Shown here one piece after another: positions 33,102 through 43,689 of a stretch of 63,634 nt of DNA. Each line of letters begins with the position of its first letter. Position 1 is the stretch's first letter. Under the pieces are notes generated by a model. That model was not told where the DNA came from, ran no database searches, and was given only the letters and a program-made list of their open reading frames with translations. Position numbers and translations under genes: made by a program. Source of the stretch: Eubacterium sp. CAG:841 (lineage in GTDB: Bacteria > Bacillota > Clostridia > Oscillospirales > CAG-272); NCBI GenBank assembly GCA_000437375.1, contig FR898229.1, positions 45,697 to 109,330 of the forward strand, in the 5' to 3' direction.

Positions 33102-36100
33102 TTATTCTTTCACTTCTGTTTCGTACATATTTTTAAGGTCAACAAGATGACGATACTTCTCTTTTGCAAGCTCGCTTGCTTCTGCGAAGAGCTTTTCTGC
33201 TCTTTCGGGGAAGGACTGAACAAGTCTGCTGTAACGTGTTTCGCTCTTGATGAACTCAATGTAGTCGGTTGTAGGCTCTTTGGAGTCTATTGTAAGAGGA
33301 TTCTTGCCCTCTGCAACGTTTGCGGGGTTGAAACGGAACATCTGCCAATAGCCTGCGTCAACAGCCTTCTTCATTTCGGACTGGCAGTTGCTCATGCCGC
33401 CCTTAAGGCCGTGCATTTCGCAAGGAGCGTAACCGATGATAAGTGAAGGACCGTTGTAAGCTTCTGCTTCCGCAATAGCCTTTACAGTCTGATTCATATC
33501 TGCGCCCATAGCAACCTGTGCAACGTAAACATAGCCGTAGCTCATAGCTATTTCCGCAAGGTTCTTCTTCTTTATAGCCTTACCTGCCGCTGCGAACTGT
33601 GCAACCTGACCTACCTGGCTTGCCTTTGATGCCTGACCGCCGGTATTAGAGTAAACTTCGGTATCGAATACCATAACGTTTACGTTTTCGCCGGAAGCGA
33701 GAACATGGTCAAGACCGCCAAAGCCTATATCATAAGCCCAGCCGTCGCCACCGAAGATCCATACGGACTTCTTAGCGAGCATATCCGCATTTGCAACAAC
33801 CTCTCTTGCGCGTGTGCAGGCTTCACATTCACAGCCGTCCACTATTGCGTCCGTGCAAGCGGAGACGAGCTTCTTGCCTGCTTCTGCGGAAGCGTCTGTA
33901 TCCATCTTTTCAAGCCATTCTGCGCCTGCTGCCTTGATATCGGCGTCGCAGTATTCAACGGCGATAAGCGCTTTTACAACGTCTGCAAGGTGTGCGCGAC
34001 GATGTTTAACGGCTGTAAGCATACCGAGACCGTGCTCTGCGTTATCTTCAAAAAGGGAGTTTGCCCATGCCGGACCGTGACCGCTCTCATTGTTTACCGT
34101 GTAAGGCGTTGAAGGAGCTGAGCCACCCCAGATAGAAGAACAACCCGTAGCGTTGGAGATATACATCTTCTCGCCGAAGAGCTGTGTGATAAGGCGTGCA
34201 TAAGTTGTTTCCGCACAACCTGCGCAAGAGCCTGAGAACTGAAGCAGCGGTTGATTGAACTGGCTTCCCTTAACCGTTGTATCGGCAAAAGGAGTAGCTT
34301 TCTTTGTTACGTTGTTTACAGCGTAATCGAAAGCGGGCTGCTGATCGAGCTGAGTCTCTGTGAGAACCATTTCGAGTGCTCTCTTCTCGGGCTTTGTGGG
34401 ACATACGTTCACGCAGAGCGAGCAACCCATACAGTCAAGAGGAGATACTGCGATGGTGAATTTATAATCTTCGCATCCCTTACCCATCATCTTAGCCGTG
34501 AACTTTGTGCAAGCGGGAGCCTTTGCGGCTTCGTCTGCGCTCATAGCGAAGGGACGGATAGCGGCGTGAGGACATACATAAGAACACTGGTTACACTGAA
34601 TACAATTTTCAGCGTGCCATACGGGAACTTTAACCGCAACGCCGCGCTTGTCGTAAGCGGACGCACCCTGCGGATATGTGCCGTCTGCACAATCCTTGAA
34701 TGCGGAAACGGGGAGAGAGTCGCCCTTCATTGCGTTTACGGGACGCGCAATGTTGTTTACAAAGTTTACAAGGTCTGCTCTGTTTCCTTCTGCGGGAGCC
34801 TTTGCAGCTTCTTTTTCTGCTGTTTTCCAGTCAACTGGAACATTTACCTTAACTGCTGCACCTGCGCCTGCGTCGATAGCTGCATAGTTGAGGTTTACGA
34901 TAGCTTCGCCCTTCTTTGAGTAGGACTTGTATGCCATCTTCTTCATGTATTCGATAGCTTCCTCTGCGGGGAGAACCTTTGCAAGAGAGAAGAATGCGGA
35001 CTGAAGCACCGTGTTCTTAACCTTAACGTTGCCAAGCTTCATAGCCGTGCCGGTAGCATCTATAACATAGAAGTTTACGTTGTTGTTTGCGATATAGGAC
35101 TTAACGGAGCCGGGAAGCTTTTCGTCAAGTTCGGCTTCTGTCCAGGGGCAGTCAAGAAGGAATACGCCGCCCGGTTTTACGTCGGACACCATATCATACT
35201 GCTCAAGGTAAGCGTGATTGTGGCAGGCAACAAAGTCAGCCTTTGTTATATAGTAAGGACTCTTTATGGGAGTATCGCCGAAGCGGAGGTGAGAAACCGT
35301 AAAGCCGCCTGTCTTCTTTGAGTCATACTGGAAGTATGCCTGAATGTATTTGTCGGTGTGGTCGCCGATGATCTTTATCGAGTTCTTGTTTGCGCCAACC
35401 GTGCCGTCGCCGCCAAGACCCCAGAACTTGCATGCGATAGTGCCTGCGGGAGCTGTGTCGGGAGCGGGCTTTTCTTCAAGGGAAAGTCCCGTAACGTCAT
35501 CGGTGATACCGATCGTAAAGCCGTTTTTGGGAGCATCTTTGGCGAGGTTTTCATAAACCGCAAAGATAGATGCGGGAGGCGTATCCTTTGAGCCGAGTCC
35601 GTAACGTCCGCCGACAACCTTTACAGTCTTTCCTGCCTGAGCAAGGGCTGTAACAACATCAAGATAAAGCGGCTCGCCAAGAGATCCGGGTTCCTTTGTT
35701 CTGTCGAGAACGGCGATCTTCTTGCATGTTTCGGGAATAGCCGCGATGAGCTTGTCCGCACGGAAAGGACGGTAAAGACGAACCTTTACAAGACCTACCT
35801 TTTCGCCGTGAGCGTTCATATAGTCTATAACTTCTTCTGCAACGTCGCATACAGAACCCATAGCTATGATAACTCTGTCTGCATCCGGAGCGCCGTAGTA
35901 GTTGAAGAGCTGATAGTTTGTACCGAGCTTTTCGTTTACCTTGCCCATGTATTCTTCAACAATATCGGGAAGAGCATTGTAATATTCGTTGCAGGCTTCT
36001 CTGTGCTGGAAGAATATATCGCCGTTTTCTGCCGAGCCGCGAAGAACGGGATGTTCGGGGTTGAGAGCGCGTGCGCGGAATGCTGCGAGAGCATCCTTGT

Positions 36101-36686
36101 CTATCATCGATTTGAGATCGTCATAATCCCATGCTTCGATTTTCTGGATTTCGTGAGAAGTTCTGAAACCGTCGAAGAAGTTGATAAACGGTACTCTGCC
36201 CTTGATTGTTGAAAGGTGAGCGACCGCGCCGAGATCCATTATTTCCTGAGGGTTGGATTCGGCAAGCATAGCGAAACCTGTCTGACGGCAGGCATACACG
36301 TCGGAGTGATCACCGAAAATGTTGAGTGCGTGAGAAGCAACGCAACGTGCGGAAACGTGGATAACGCAGGGGAGAAGCTCTCCGGCGATTTTGTACATAT
36401 TGGGGATCATAAGGAGAAGTCCCTGTGAAGCCGTATAAGTCGTTGTAAGAGCGCCTGCAGCGAGTGAGCCGTGTACGGCGCCTGCCGCACCTGCTTCAGA
36501 CTGCATCTCGACAACTTTTACCTTGTCTCCGAAAATGTTTTTGAGTCCGCCCGCAGACCATGTGTCCGTGTTTTCAGCCATAGGACTTGAGGGCGTGATG
36601 GGATAGATTGCGGCAACTTCCGTAAACGCATACGAAACGTGTGCGGCAGCGGTGTTACCGTCCATGGAAATCATTTTTCTTGCCAT
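33102..36686 (-). CDS. nifJ: Pyruvate:ferredoxin (flavodoxin) oxidoreductase
   Basis: About 1194 aa. 'MDGNTAAAHVSYAFTEVAAIYPITPSS' is present, with two 4Fe-4S motifs (CIQCNQCSYVCPH and CMGCSLCVNVCP) and a TPP domain 'GGDGWAYDIG'. Confidence 0.95.
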   Translation of the reverse strand: MARKMISMDGNTAAAHVSYAFTEVAAIYPITPSSPMAENTDTWSAGGLKNIFGDKVKVVEMQSEAGAAGAVHGSLAAGALTTTYTASQGLLLMIPNMYKIAGELLPCVIHVSARCVASHALNIFGDHSDVYACRQTGFAMLAESNPQEIMDLGAVAHLSTIKGRVPFINFFDGFRTSHEIQKIEAWDYDDLKSMIDKDALAAFRARALNPEHPVLRGSAENGDIFFQHREACNEYYNALPDIVEEYMGKVNEKLGTNYQLFNYYGAPDADRVIIAMGSVCDVAEEVIDYMNAHGEKVGLVKVRLYRPFRADKLIAAIPETCKKIAVLDRTKEPGSLGEPLYLDVVTALAQAGKTVKVVGGRYGLGSKDTPPASIFAVYENLAKDAPKNGFTIGITDDVTGLSLEEKPAPDTAPAGTIACKFWGLGGDGTVGANKNSIKIIGDHTDKYIQAYFQYDSKKTGGFTVSHLRFGDTPIKSPYYITKADFVACHNHAYLEQYDMVSDVKPGGVFLLDCPWTEAELDEKLPGSVKSYIANNNVNFYVIDATGTAMKLGNVKVKNTVLQSAFFSLAKVLPAEEAIEYMKKMAYKSYSKKGEAIVNLNYAAIDAGAGAAVKVNVPVDWKTAEKEAAKAPAEGNRADLVNFVNNIARPVNAMKGDSLPVSAFKDCADGTYPQGASAYDKRGVAVKVPVWHAENCIQCNQCSYVCPHAAIRPFAMSADEAAKAPACTKFTAKMMGKGCEDYKFTIAVSPLDCMGCSLCVNVCPTKPEKRALEMVLTETQLDQQPAFDYAVNNVTKKATPFADTTVKGSQFNQPLLQFSGSCAGCAETTYARLITQLFGEKMYISNATGCSSIWGGSAPSTPYTVNNESGHGPAWANSLFEDNAEHGLGMLTAVKHRRAHLADVVKALIAVEYCDADIKAAGAEWLEKMDTDASAEAGKKLVSACTDAIVDGCECEACTRAREVVANADMLAKKSVWIFGGDGWAYDIGFGGLDHVLASGENVNVMVFDTEVYSNTGGQASKASQVGQVAQFAAAGKAIKKKNLAEIAMSYGYVYVAQVAMGADMNQTVKAIAEAEAYNGPSLIIGYAPCEMHGLKGGMSNCQSEMKKAVDAGYWQMFRFNPANVAEGKNPLTIDSKEPTTDYIEFIKSETRYSRLVQSFPERAEKLFAEASELAKEKYRHLVDLKNMYETEVKE

Positions 36687-36823
36687 GTTTTTTCCTCCGT
36701 TTTTTATTTGCATATAATAAAAATTATATATATTTTGCATTAACTATTATAATAGCACGTTTATTTTGAAAAGTAAACAAATTTATTGTAAAAAATATTC
36801 CGCGCTTGAAACTTTTTTGGTCG

Positions 36824-37300
36824 TCAACCGTTATTCGACGTCGCAAGGCAGGCGTCTATGACAATAAGCGCGCAAAGCGCCGTAAGTACGTCGCCGTCGT
36901 TCATTACGCGCAGACGATAAGCGTCTCCGAACGTAAACCACTCCTTCGATACCGTTGCGACTACGCCGTCTTCGTTTGTAATTTCGTATTCGTGACTCAA
37001 AAATTCGCCCTCTATCCGCCAGCCGAGTTCTTCTACCGTATAAGACGGATATATAAACGTTATTTTTTTGCTTATCGTCACGTCGCACCCGTCTGCGGAA
37101 ACATCATATTTTACGGGAAAAGAGAAAAGCCTTCGCGAGATCTCCGCGACTTCGTTTCCGGCGGCGTCGCTTATATGAAATGTTTTAGGCAGCGAAAACA
37201 CTTCGCCCTCGACATAAAATCTTTCGCTTCCGTCTTCGCCGTAAACGGTGAACCTTTCACCTATCGTAAAAACGTGCTGTTTTATATAAAGGTCTGTCAT
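36824..37300 (-). CDS. LURP-one-related / YxjI-family (tubby-like fold) protein
   Basis: 'LYIKQHVFTIGERFTVYGEDG' and the repeated beta-strand pattern are typical of DUF567/YxjI. Confidence 0.6.
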   Translation of the reverse strand: MTDLYIKQHVFTIGERFTVYGEDGSERFYVEGEVFSLPKTFHISDAAGNEVAEISRRLFSFPVKYDVSADGCDVTISKKITFIYPSYTVEELGWRIEGEFLSHEYEITNEDGVVATVSKEWFTFGDAYRLRVMNDGDVLTALCALIVIDACLATSNNG

Positions 37301-37304
37301 ATTT

Positions 37305-39044
37305 TCATCCTTTCGGTTTTGCGGGATTTACATACGCCGTATAGTAATCGGTATAAAGAACATGCCCCGGAGCCGAGCCGGACGGTTTTTTCACGAACTT
37401 CACCCTCGTATAATCCACCGCAACATTTGAAGAAGCCCTTTCGTCGGAAAAATATGCCGCCGCCTGAGCCGCTTCCGTAAAATCTCTTGCGTCGGGATCT
37501 TCGTCCGCTTCACAGCGCATTATAACGTGCGATCCCGCGCCGCCCTTGACATGAAACCACCAATCGTTTTTTTCGGCAAACTTTGTGGAAAGAAAATCAT
37601 TCTGAGTATTGTTTTTTCCGCAGATTATCTCCCTGCCGAGAGAGGTGTGAAAATACATCGGCTCCGTTTTCTTCGGCTTCTGCCCTTTCACCTGTACGGG
37701 ACGGCGCAAATAACCCGTTTTCACCAGCTCTTCTCTTATTTCGGAAACATCGGCGGCACATTCGCAAAGCGAAAGCGAAGCTTCGACGGTTTTCAGATAT
37801 TCAAGCTCTGCGCGCGCCTTTTCCGCCTGCTCTGAGGCAATCACCCTCGCCGTTTTCAGCTTGTTGTATTTTTTATAGTATCTTGCGGCGTTTTGTGACG
37901 CCGTAAGCTTTTCATCAAGCGGAATTTTTACTTTTTCCGGAGGATCGGAATAATAATTTTCGACCTCCGCAAATTTCGCCTTGCCGGAAAGTCTGTAAAG
38001 CGATCCCGTTATAAGCTCGCCCCACAGCCTGAATTTGTCCGCATCCCCGCACTCCGCAAGCTCTTCGGAAATAACGTCAAGCTTTTTTGTAAGACGTTTT
38101 TTTGCCGTCTGCAAAAGTGCTTCCGTCGCACCGATTCGGTTTTTCAGCGCTTCGGCTTCCGCTTTTTCGCCGTAAAACGCCGAAAGAAGCTCCGAAAAGC
38201 TTTCATATCTCTTACCCGCTCCGGGTAGATACGTTATCTCCGTGTACGAAAACTCCTCAGGCTCTCCGCCAAGTCCCAGTGCCATATAAGGCACAAACAC
38301 CCTGTTCCTTACGTTTTCCATAAGCGCCGAAAACGCACGGTAAAGCTTTTCCGGGTTCGTTTCGGAGGCACACCTGCCGACAGCGCCTGCTCTGCATACA
38401 AGCTCACGCGCCACAGTGGGAGAAAATCCAAGATAAGTATCAATAAAGAATCTGTCCGCATCCTTTCCGGCAGGATAGTTTTCAAATCGCGAAATAAAGC
38501 CTTCGTAAGTTTCTTTAAGCGGATCAAGCTTCTCCTGCGGAGGCGGAGCCTCATATATCATTCCCGGCAAAACCTGGCGCACGCGGCTGGTTGTGAAGTC
38601 GACCGGCTTTGTCACGCCGAGAATTTTCATTTTTCCGCCGTCGTCACCCGCAAAAATAATGTTGCTGTACTTACCCATTATCTCCGCTATGATATACCTT
38701 CTGCACTCAAAGCCGAGCTCGTCGTGACAGGAAAAGGTTATCTTTATCGCACGTTCAAAGCCGACCGTACCGATTTCTTCTATCAGCGCGCCCGAAAGAT
38801 GCTTTCGCAAAAGCATACACAGCATTGGCGGCACCGCCGGATTTTCTGCCTGAGAATCGGTAAAGCATACCCTTGCCGACGATGGGCAAGCCGAAATTAT
38901 CAGCTTTTTCGTTTCCCTGCCCACACGGCAGAAAAGCAGTATTTCTTCCTTCGACGGCTGATAGACCTTCTCTATCCTTGCTCCGCGCAAAACAGAGTCA
39001 AGCTCGTGCGCGACAGCCGTCGCAAATATAACGTCAAACGCCAT
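37305..39044 (-). CDS. rqcH: Ribosome quality-control protein RqcH (NFACT / FbpA family)
   Basis: N-terminal NFACT-N 'MAFDVIFATAVAHEL...IEKVYQP' and a C-terminal DUF814 region 'WWFHVKGGAGSHVI'. Confidence 0.85.
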   Translation of the reverse strand: MAFDVIFATAVAHELDSVLRGARIEKVYQPSKEEILLFCRVGRETKKLIISACPSSARVCFTDSQAENPAVPPMLCMLLRKHLSGALIEEIGTVGFERAIKITFSCHDELGFECRRYIIAEIMGKYSNIIFAGDDGGKMKILGVTKPVDFTTSRVRQVLPGMIYEAPPPQEKLDPLKETYEGFISRFENYPAGKDADRFFIDTYLGFSPTVARELVCRAGAVGRCASETNPEKLYRAFSALMENVRNRVFVPYMALGLGGEPEEFSYTEITYLPGAGKRYESFSELLSAFYGEKAEAEALKNRIGATEALLQTAKKRLTKKLDVISEELAECGDADKFRLWGELITGSLYRLSGKAKFAEVENYYSDPPEKVKIPLDEKLTASQNAARYYKKYNKLKTARVIASEQAEKARAELEYLKTVEASLSLCECAADVSEIREELVKTGYLRRPVQVKGQKPKKTEPMYFHTSLGREIICGKNNTQNDFLSTKFAEKNDWWFHVKGGAGSHVIMRCEADEDPDARDFTEAAQAAAYFSDERASSNVAVDYTRVKFVKKPSGSAPGHVLYTDYYTAYVNPAKPKG

Positions 39045-39104
39045 TTTGTCCTCTTTCATCAAAAACGAATCGGGAAAGTTTCCTCCCCCGATTTGCTTGC
39101 TTTT

Positions 39105-42100
39105 TTATTTGTTTTCTTCCGTATTTTCGGAATTTTCAACCGCCGTTTCTTCCGTTTCGGCAGTTGTACTTTCGGGTTCTGTCGGTTCTTCTATCATTCC
39201 GGCAAGCGGAGATATCTCCTCCGAAACATCCGGCTCGTCAGGAACGTTTTCCGTCGGGAATATCATATCGCCGGAAACTCCGTAAGGAACATATTTCTTT
39301 CCGAGCTTGGCATAAACAAAGCGTCTTACTTTTTCAACCTTTACAAATATGATAAAGCATATCATAAGCAGTGCCGAAATAACGGTAAGAATTATAGCCG
39401 CAATATAGCCTTTGGGCATATATCTGAACTCTATATCGTGATATCCGGCAGTTGACTTTACTGCAAGAAGCGAATCACATACCATAAGCGTTTCGGCTTT
39501 TTCTCCGTCGATATATACGTTCCAGCCTGCATCGTAAGGGATGGACGTAAAGATAAGCTCCTGACCTGTGGGCTGATCTATCGTGCCTTTGAGATAATCG
39601 TTTCCGTAATCCTCTATAAGCATTTCGGCGGATGAAAGCTGGTCGAACGCCTCTGTCAATGCCGTGTAGTCTATATAACAGAAGAAATATTTTGATTCTT
39701 TTGAAATATAAAGCGCGTCATCATTGAGTCTGAGCTCAACCGTTACCGTATCTCCCTTTTTGAAATCGCCGAGCTTCATTATGCAGGAGGTCTCAAGTCC
39801 GAAATAGTCGGAAACAAACTTTGCTGATTCGTTGTTCTTCTTTACATACACTTTGAAAGTCTTGCCGAAGTTTGCCGCCGTGAAGTGGAAATACACGGGA
39901 CCGTCCGCAGGCATCGTAAAGTCAAGCAGAGCTTTTCCGCCGTCCTGCTTTTTCTCAAAGCAGTAGTAGGGATTCTGAATTTCTTTTTCCTCGCCGTCAA
40001 CCGTGAATTTATGCGTCTGGTTGAAGGTCGAGCGCGTGCAGTTTTCGGAGCTCATCGAAGCGGTTATTCCTTTAAGAACTTCGCCCGAAACACCGCTTTC
40101 GGAAAGCATGGATTTAAGAAGTCTGTCCTGATAATCTATGCCAGAAATATAAGGCGGATAGGTAAGCTCGTTCATATCGCTTATAACGTTTTCGCTTACA
40201 CCGTAGGCTACGGAAAGTGCCTTTGTGTTCTGCATTGCGTAGATAATATTGTCGGACTTGACTATCTGATAGCCCTCTTCGCCCTGCGCCGCTATTTTGA
40301 AAATGTTTCCGTCGAGCGTATCATTCTTTGTTATAACGTATTTTATTCCGAGAAGTGCGTCCGAAACGGGCGTTCCGCCGAGATATTTTGTCCAATGCGA
40401 ATCTGAGGAATAGCCCATTCTCGCCATCATTCTTATAATATTTGCGTTAAGGGTTGAAGTAGAATGTGAAATTCCGTTGAAGCCGTATGCCATAGGCTCG
40501 TTTACGCCGCCGTTTTTACGGTAAACGGTGCTTTCCATACGGTAGAAGGTCTTATCGCTTTCAAGAATCTTGTCCACAACGTTCTGAATTCTCTGTACGC
40601 TTCCGTTATAGGAGCTGTAAACCTCCTGGCCGTTTGAATCAAGATAGTTATTGTACTTTGTAACGCCTACTTCGTTCTGAACGCCGACAACGCTGAGAAG
40701 CGACGCCACGAACATCTCCACACATACGACGGCAGCAAGCACGAATGCCGCAGCTTCTGTAGTCTTTTTGTCACGTATGAACTTGAGTATTACCGTATAG
40801 AGCGCTATAACTATAAGCGAAAACATAATACAGCCTGCCGAAGAGAGCGGTACGCTCTTGTCTCCCTGCTGGAAGTTGATGTGCAGCTTCTGTATTATAA
40901 GAACAAGTACGGAGAACGAAACTCCGGTAACCACAATATGAGAAAGTTTTATCTTTCCGAGTCCCTTTATGGCATCGGCAGCCATAGTAAGTATGAAGAA
41001 AGAGAAAACATAAGAATATCTGTAATTGAGCCAGTTAGGCGTTGAAAATCCGTGCCATACAAGGTCGACCGTGTTTACGGTAAAGCTTATGACAAGCGCC
41101 GCGAGCATAGCCGTTGCGGCTATCTTCTGGCGTTTGGGTATCGATTTTGAAAGATAGAACAGCGGCAGGCACATAAGCGCGAGCGCACCGCAGTATATCA
41201 TAGGCTCTCCGGCACGGTTTACCGAGTCGTAAGTGCCGGGCAAAAGCTTTATCACAAGGTCGAGATAATCAAATCTGAGCGAGAGCGAAAAGTCGGTCGA
41301 GGCAAAGCCTATCTTACCGAATCCGAGCGAATACCACGCTCCGTAAAGCATAAATGCCGATATTCCGAGCGCAAGCACCGTGCTGAGCACAAAACGCATA
41401 AACGTCTTAAAGCCGGCAGTACGGAAAAATCTTTTTTCACCCTTATATATTTCGGGACGGATCGTGTAGTAATAATAACAGAAATAAAGGAATGTAAAAA
41501 TTCCGCACATATAGCCCATATAGTAGTTTGAAATGAATATGAGCGAAAGCGAAATTATATAAAGGACTACTTTCTTTTTGCGGATGAGCGATTCCGTGCC
41601 GAGAATAAGAAGCGGCAGGAATACAAGCGCATCAAGCCACATGGGATCTATCGTCTGAACAACGGAATATGCGCAAAGTGCATACATCATGGAAAGCGCA
41701 AGCGTTCTCATCTGTCCAAGCTTACGCGTTTTGTGCAGATATATTCCGAAGTTGAGCCCCATCGTGCCTATTTTGCAAAGCTGAATGAACGTTACGGCGT
41801 CAACAATGTTCTTCTTGGGGAAGAGTGCCAGAAGCAGATTGAACGGACTGCCCATGTAATACGCCACAATTCCCATAAACTCGCCGCCAAGCGTGCGCTT
41901 CCATGAATAGAGCCAGCTTCCGCCGTGAACGAGCAGATTCCGTATCTCTTCATAGTAATAAATGTACTGCGCCTGGAAGTCCAGCGTAAGTATCGAGCTG
42001 TTGCCGAAAGGATGAAATTCCATGCAGGCAAAAACTCCTGCCATTATAACAAACGGAAGAAGAAATGCTGCGGCAAGATACGTGTACTCGCTCGTCTTTA

Positions 42101-42164
42101 TGCGGAGCCATGTCCGCAGAAAGAAATTCTTGTTTTCTTTTATGGTATTCTGTTCAATGCTCAT
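39105..42164 (-). CDS. yfhO: YfhO-family polytopic membrane glycosyltransferase-like protein
   Basis: 1019 aa with about 13 TM segments in the N-terminal half and a large extracytoplasmic C-domain. It has an acidic C-terminal tail. Confidence 0.7.
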   Translation of the reverse strand: MSIEQNTIKENKNFFLRTWLRIKTSEYTYLAAAFLLPFVIMAGVFACMEFHPFGNSSILTLDFQAQYIYYYEEIRNLLVHGGSWLYSWKRTLGGEFMGIVAYYMGSPFNLLLALFPKKNIVDAVTFIQLCKIGTMGLNFGIYLHKTRKLGQMRTLALSMMYALCAYSVVQTIDPMWLDALVFLPLLILGTESLIRKKKVVLYIISLSLIFISNYYMGYMCGIFTFLYFCYYYYTIRPEIYKGEKRFFRTAGFKTFMRFVLSTVLALGISAFMLYGAWYSLGFGKIGFASTDFSLSLRFDYLDLVIKLLPGTYDSVNRAGEPMIYCGALALMCLPLFYLSKSIPKRQKIAATAMLAALVISFTVNTVDLVWHGFSTPNWLNYRYSYVFSFFILTMAADAIKGLGKIKLSHIVVTGVSFSVLVLIIQKLHINFQQGDKSVPLSSAGCIMFSLIVIALYTVILKFIRDKKTTEAAAFVLAAVVCVEMFVASLLSVVGVQNEVGVTKYNNYLDSNGQEVYSSYNGSVQRIQNVVDKILESDKTFYRMESTVYRKNGGVNEPMAYGFNGISHSTSTLNANIIRMMARMGYSSDSHWTKYLGGTPVSDALLGIKYVITKNDTLDGNIFKIAAQGEEGYQIVKSDNIIYAMQNTKALSVAYGVSENVISDMNELTYPPYISGIDYQDRLLKSMLSESGVSGEVLKGITASMSSENCTRSTFNQTHKFTVDGEEKEIQNPYYCFEKKQDGGKALLDFTMPADGPVYFHFTAANFGKTFKVYVKKNNESAKFVSDYFGLETSCIMKLGDFKKGDTVTVELRLNDDALYISKESKYFFCYIDYTALTEAFDQLSSAEMLIEDYGNDYLKGTIDQPTGQELIFTSIPYDAGWNVYIDGEKAETLMVCDSLLAVKSTAGYHDIEFRYMPKGYIAAIILTVISALLMICFIIFVKVEKVRRFVYAKLGKKYVPYGVSGDMIFPTENVPDEPDVSEEISPLAGMIEEPTEPESTTAETEETAVENSENTEENK

Positions 42165-42356
42165 TTTTTACCTCGCAAAAATAGTTTATATGATATTAGT
42201 CGAATTCGATAATATAAAATCTCACAGATGTACTGATATTTTACCATCAGTTTCATAAATAATAAAGAGTATTTTTGAAAATCGGTCGAATTTTTGAATT
42301 TTTCTTTGTTTTTTATATAAAATTATGGTATTATAAAATAAAGAGAGGTGAAAATT

Positions 42357-42680
42357 ATGTCCCTTTTCAAACGCAAAAAACCGGAGGAGAAACTTTCCTT
42401 CAAGCTTGAAATGGCTGAAAAAATGATCCGCAACCGATTGCGTTACGCTACCGAGCGCGACGGAGATACCGATTCCGTGATAGGCAAAAACGGCGGATTC
42501 AACGTCCGTGACGGTCAGCTTATAGTTTCTGCGGATAACCGCGTTATTTTCCGCTGCAATATAGAAGAGATGTCTGTATCCGAGCTTATGTCGCTTGAAG
42601 GCGTTATAATCACCGCCCCCGACATCGAAAGCGGAGGAAAAGTACGAACGATAATATGTTATTACGTATATTACAGATAG
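42357..42680 (+). CDS. Hypothetical protein
   Basis: The ATG at 42357 follows AGAGAGGTG. 107 aa with no recognised motif. Confidence 0.45.
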   Translation: MSLFKRKKPEEKLSFKLEMAEKMIRNRLRYATERDGDTDSVIGKNGGFNVRDGQLIVSADNRVIFRCNIEEMSVSELMSLEGVIITAPDIESGGKVRTIICYYVYYR

Positions 42681-42681
42681 G

Positions 42682-43422
42682 TCAAAGAATAAATCCGCCG
42701 TCAACACAGAGCGTCTGCCCTGTGATAAATGTATTTTCAAGCGATAAAAATCTTACAGCACACGCCACATCGCAAGGCTCGCCGAGCCTTCCGAGCGGCG
42801 TTCTTTTTTTCAGCTCATCCATAGTCTGATCGTCATAGCATGAATTCATATCAGTATTTATAACGCCCGGCGCTATGCAATTTACAAGTATCTTTTCAGG
42901 AGCAAGCTCCTTTGCAAGCGATTTTGTAAGATTGATCACAGCCGCTTTCGACGCCGAATATACGGCTTCGCCCGACGCACCGCATATTCCCCACATAGAG
43001 GAAATATTGACTATCGAGCCGCCGCACCCAGAATTTATCATTTCACGAGCCGCCGCGCGGGTGCAGAAAAACGTCCCGTAAAAGTTTGTTTTCATAACTC
43101 TTTCAATCTCTTCGTCGTCCGTATCAAGCAGCGTTCCGGGACTTGAAACTCCGGCATTGTTTACAAGTATATCTATTCTGCCAAACTCCATTATCGCCTT
43201 TGAGATAAGTCGCCTTGCCTCCGAAGATTGTGAAATATCGGCACAGAAAGGTATCGCCCTGCCATAACCCTCAGCCTCTGTTTCACGACAAAGCGTTTCG
43301 GCTTTTTCCGAAGACGATCTGTAATTTGCAATAACGTCGCATCCTGCGCGGCAAAGCTCGCGCACAATCTCTGCGCCTATTCCGCGGGAACCTCCCGTAA
43401 CAACGGCATATTTCTTTTCCAT
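42682..43422 (-). CDS. Short-chain dehydrogenase/reductase (FabG-like)
   Basis: 'VVTGGSRGIG', 'NNAG' and the catalytic 'YSASK' are present. The ATG at 43422 follows GGAGG. Confidence 0.85.
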   Translation of the reverse strand: MEKKYAVVTGGSRGIGAEIVRELCRAGCDVIANYRSSSEKAETLCRETEAEGYGRAIPFCADISQSSEARRLISKAIMEFGRIDILVNNAGVSSPGTLLDTDDEEIERVMKTNFYGTFFCTRAAAREMINSGCGGSIVNISSMWGICGASGEAVYSASKAAVINLTKSLAKELAPEKILVNCIAPGVINTDMNSCYDDQTMDELKKRTPLGRLGEPCDVACAVRFLSLENTFITGQTLCVDGGFIL

Positions 43423-43550
43423 AAAAACCTCCGAAATGAAGATTGTCAGACAGTAATGTAAAACAGTTAAGCTTCGCCGAGAAGAGGGCGGCATCACGGC
43501 TTGCCGTGACGGAGAGGGCTTTATAAAGTCTGCACATCGCTGCCGATAAT

Positions 43551-43688
43551 CAAAGTTTCTTTTGCTTTTTTTAATATCTGTCTTTGCAGTTACTAAAAAA
43601 TCTGTATATCACCAATCAATAACTGAAGTTTCTTTTGCCTACTTTTCTTTTCAAAGAAAAGTAGGGTTTCTTTTCAAAGAAAAGTACG
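43551..43688 (-). repeat. Intergenic repeat element, copy A (hairpin + ~74-bp unit)
   Basis: The reverse complement matches 54308-54420. This includes an identical 28-nt palindrome CCTACTTTTCTTTGAAAAGAAAAGTAGG (43638-43665) plus a degenerate second hairpin. Confidence 0.85.
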
Positions 43689-43689
43689 G

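Noticed and set aside
36806-37480. 224-aa plus-strand ORF opposite the YxjI-like gene and the rqcH 3' end.
   Set aside because: It is a shadow ORF with a TTG-type start and no RBS. It overlaps two genes that have family-level support.
42222-42740. 172-aa minus-strand ORF overlapping the 42357-42680 (+) ORF.
   Set aside because: The plus-strand ORF has a proper RBS (AGAGAGGTG) and fills the gap between flanking genes. The minus ORF runs into the SDR gene's 3' end and has no RBS. Neither has homology evidence, so confidence remains modest.
43283-43537. 84-aa minus-strand ORF upstream of and overlapping the SDR gene start. The extended 271-aa version of the SDR ORF was also considered.
   Set aside because: The SDR has a strong GGAGG RBS at the internal ATG (43422), giving the canonical MEKKYAVVTGG N-terminus. 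The upstream extension has no support.
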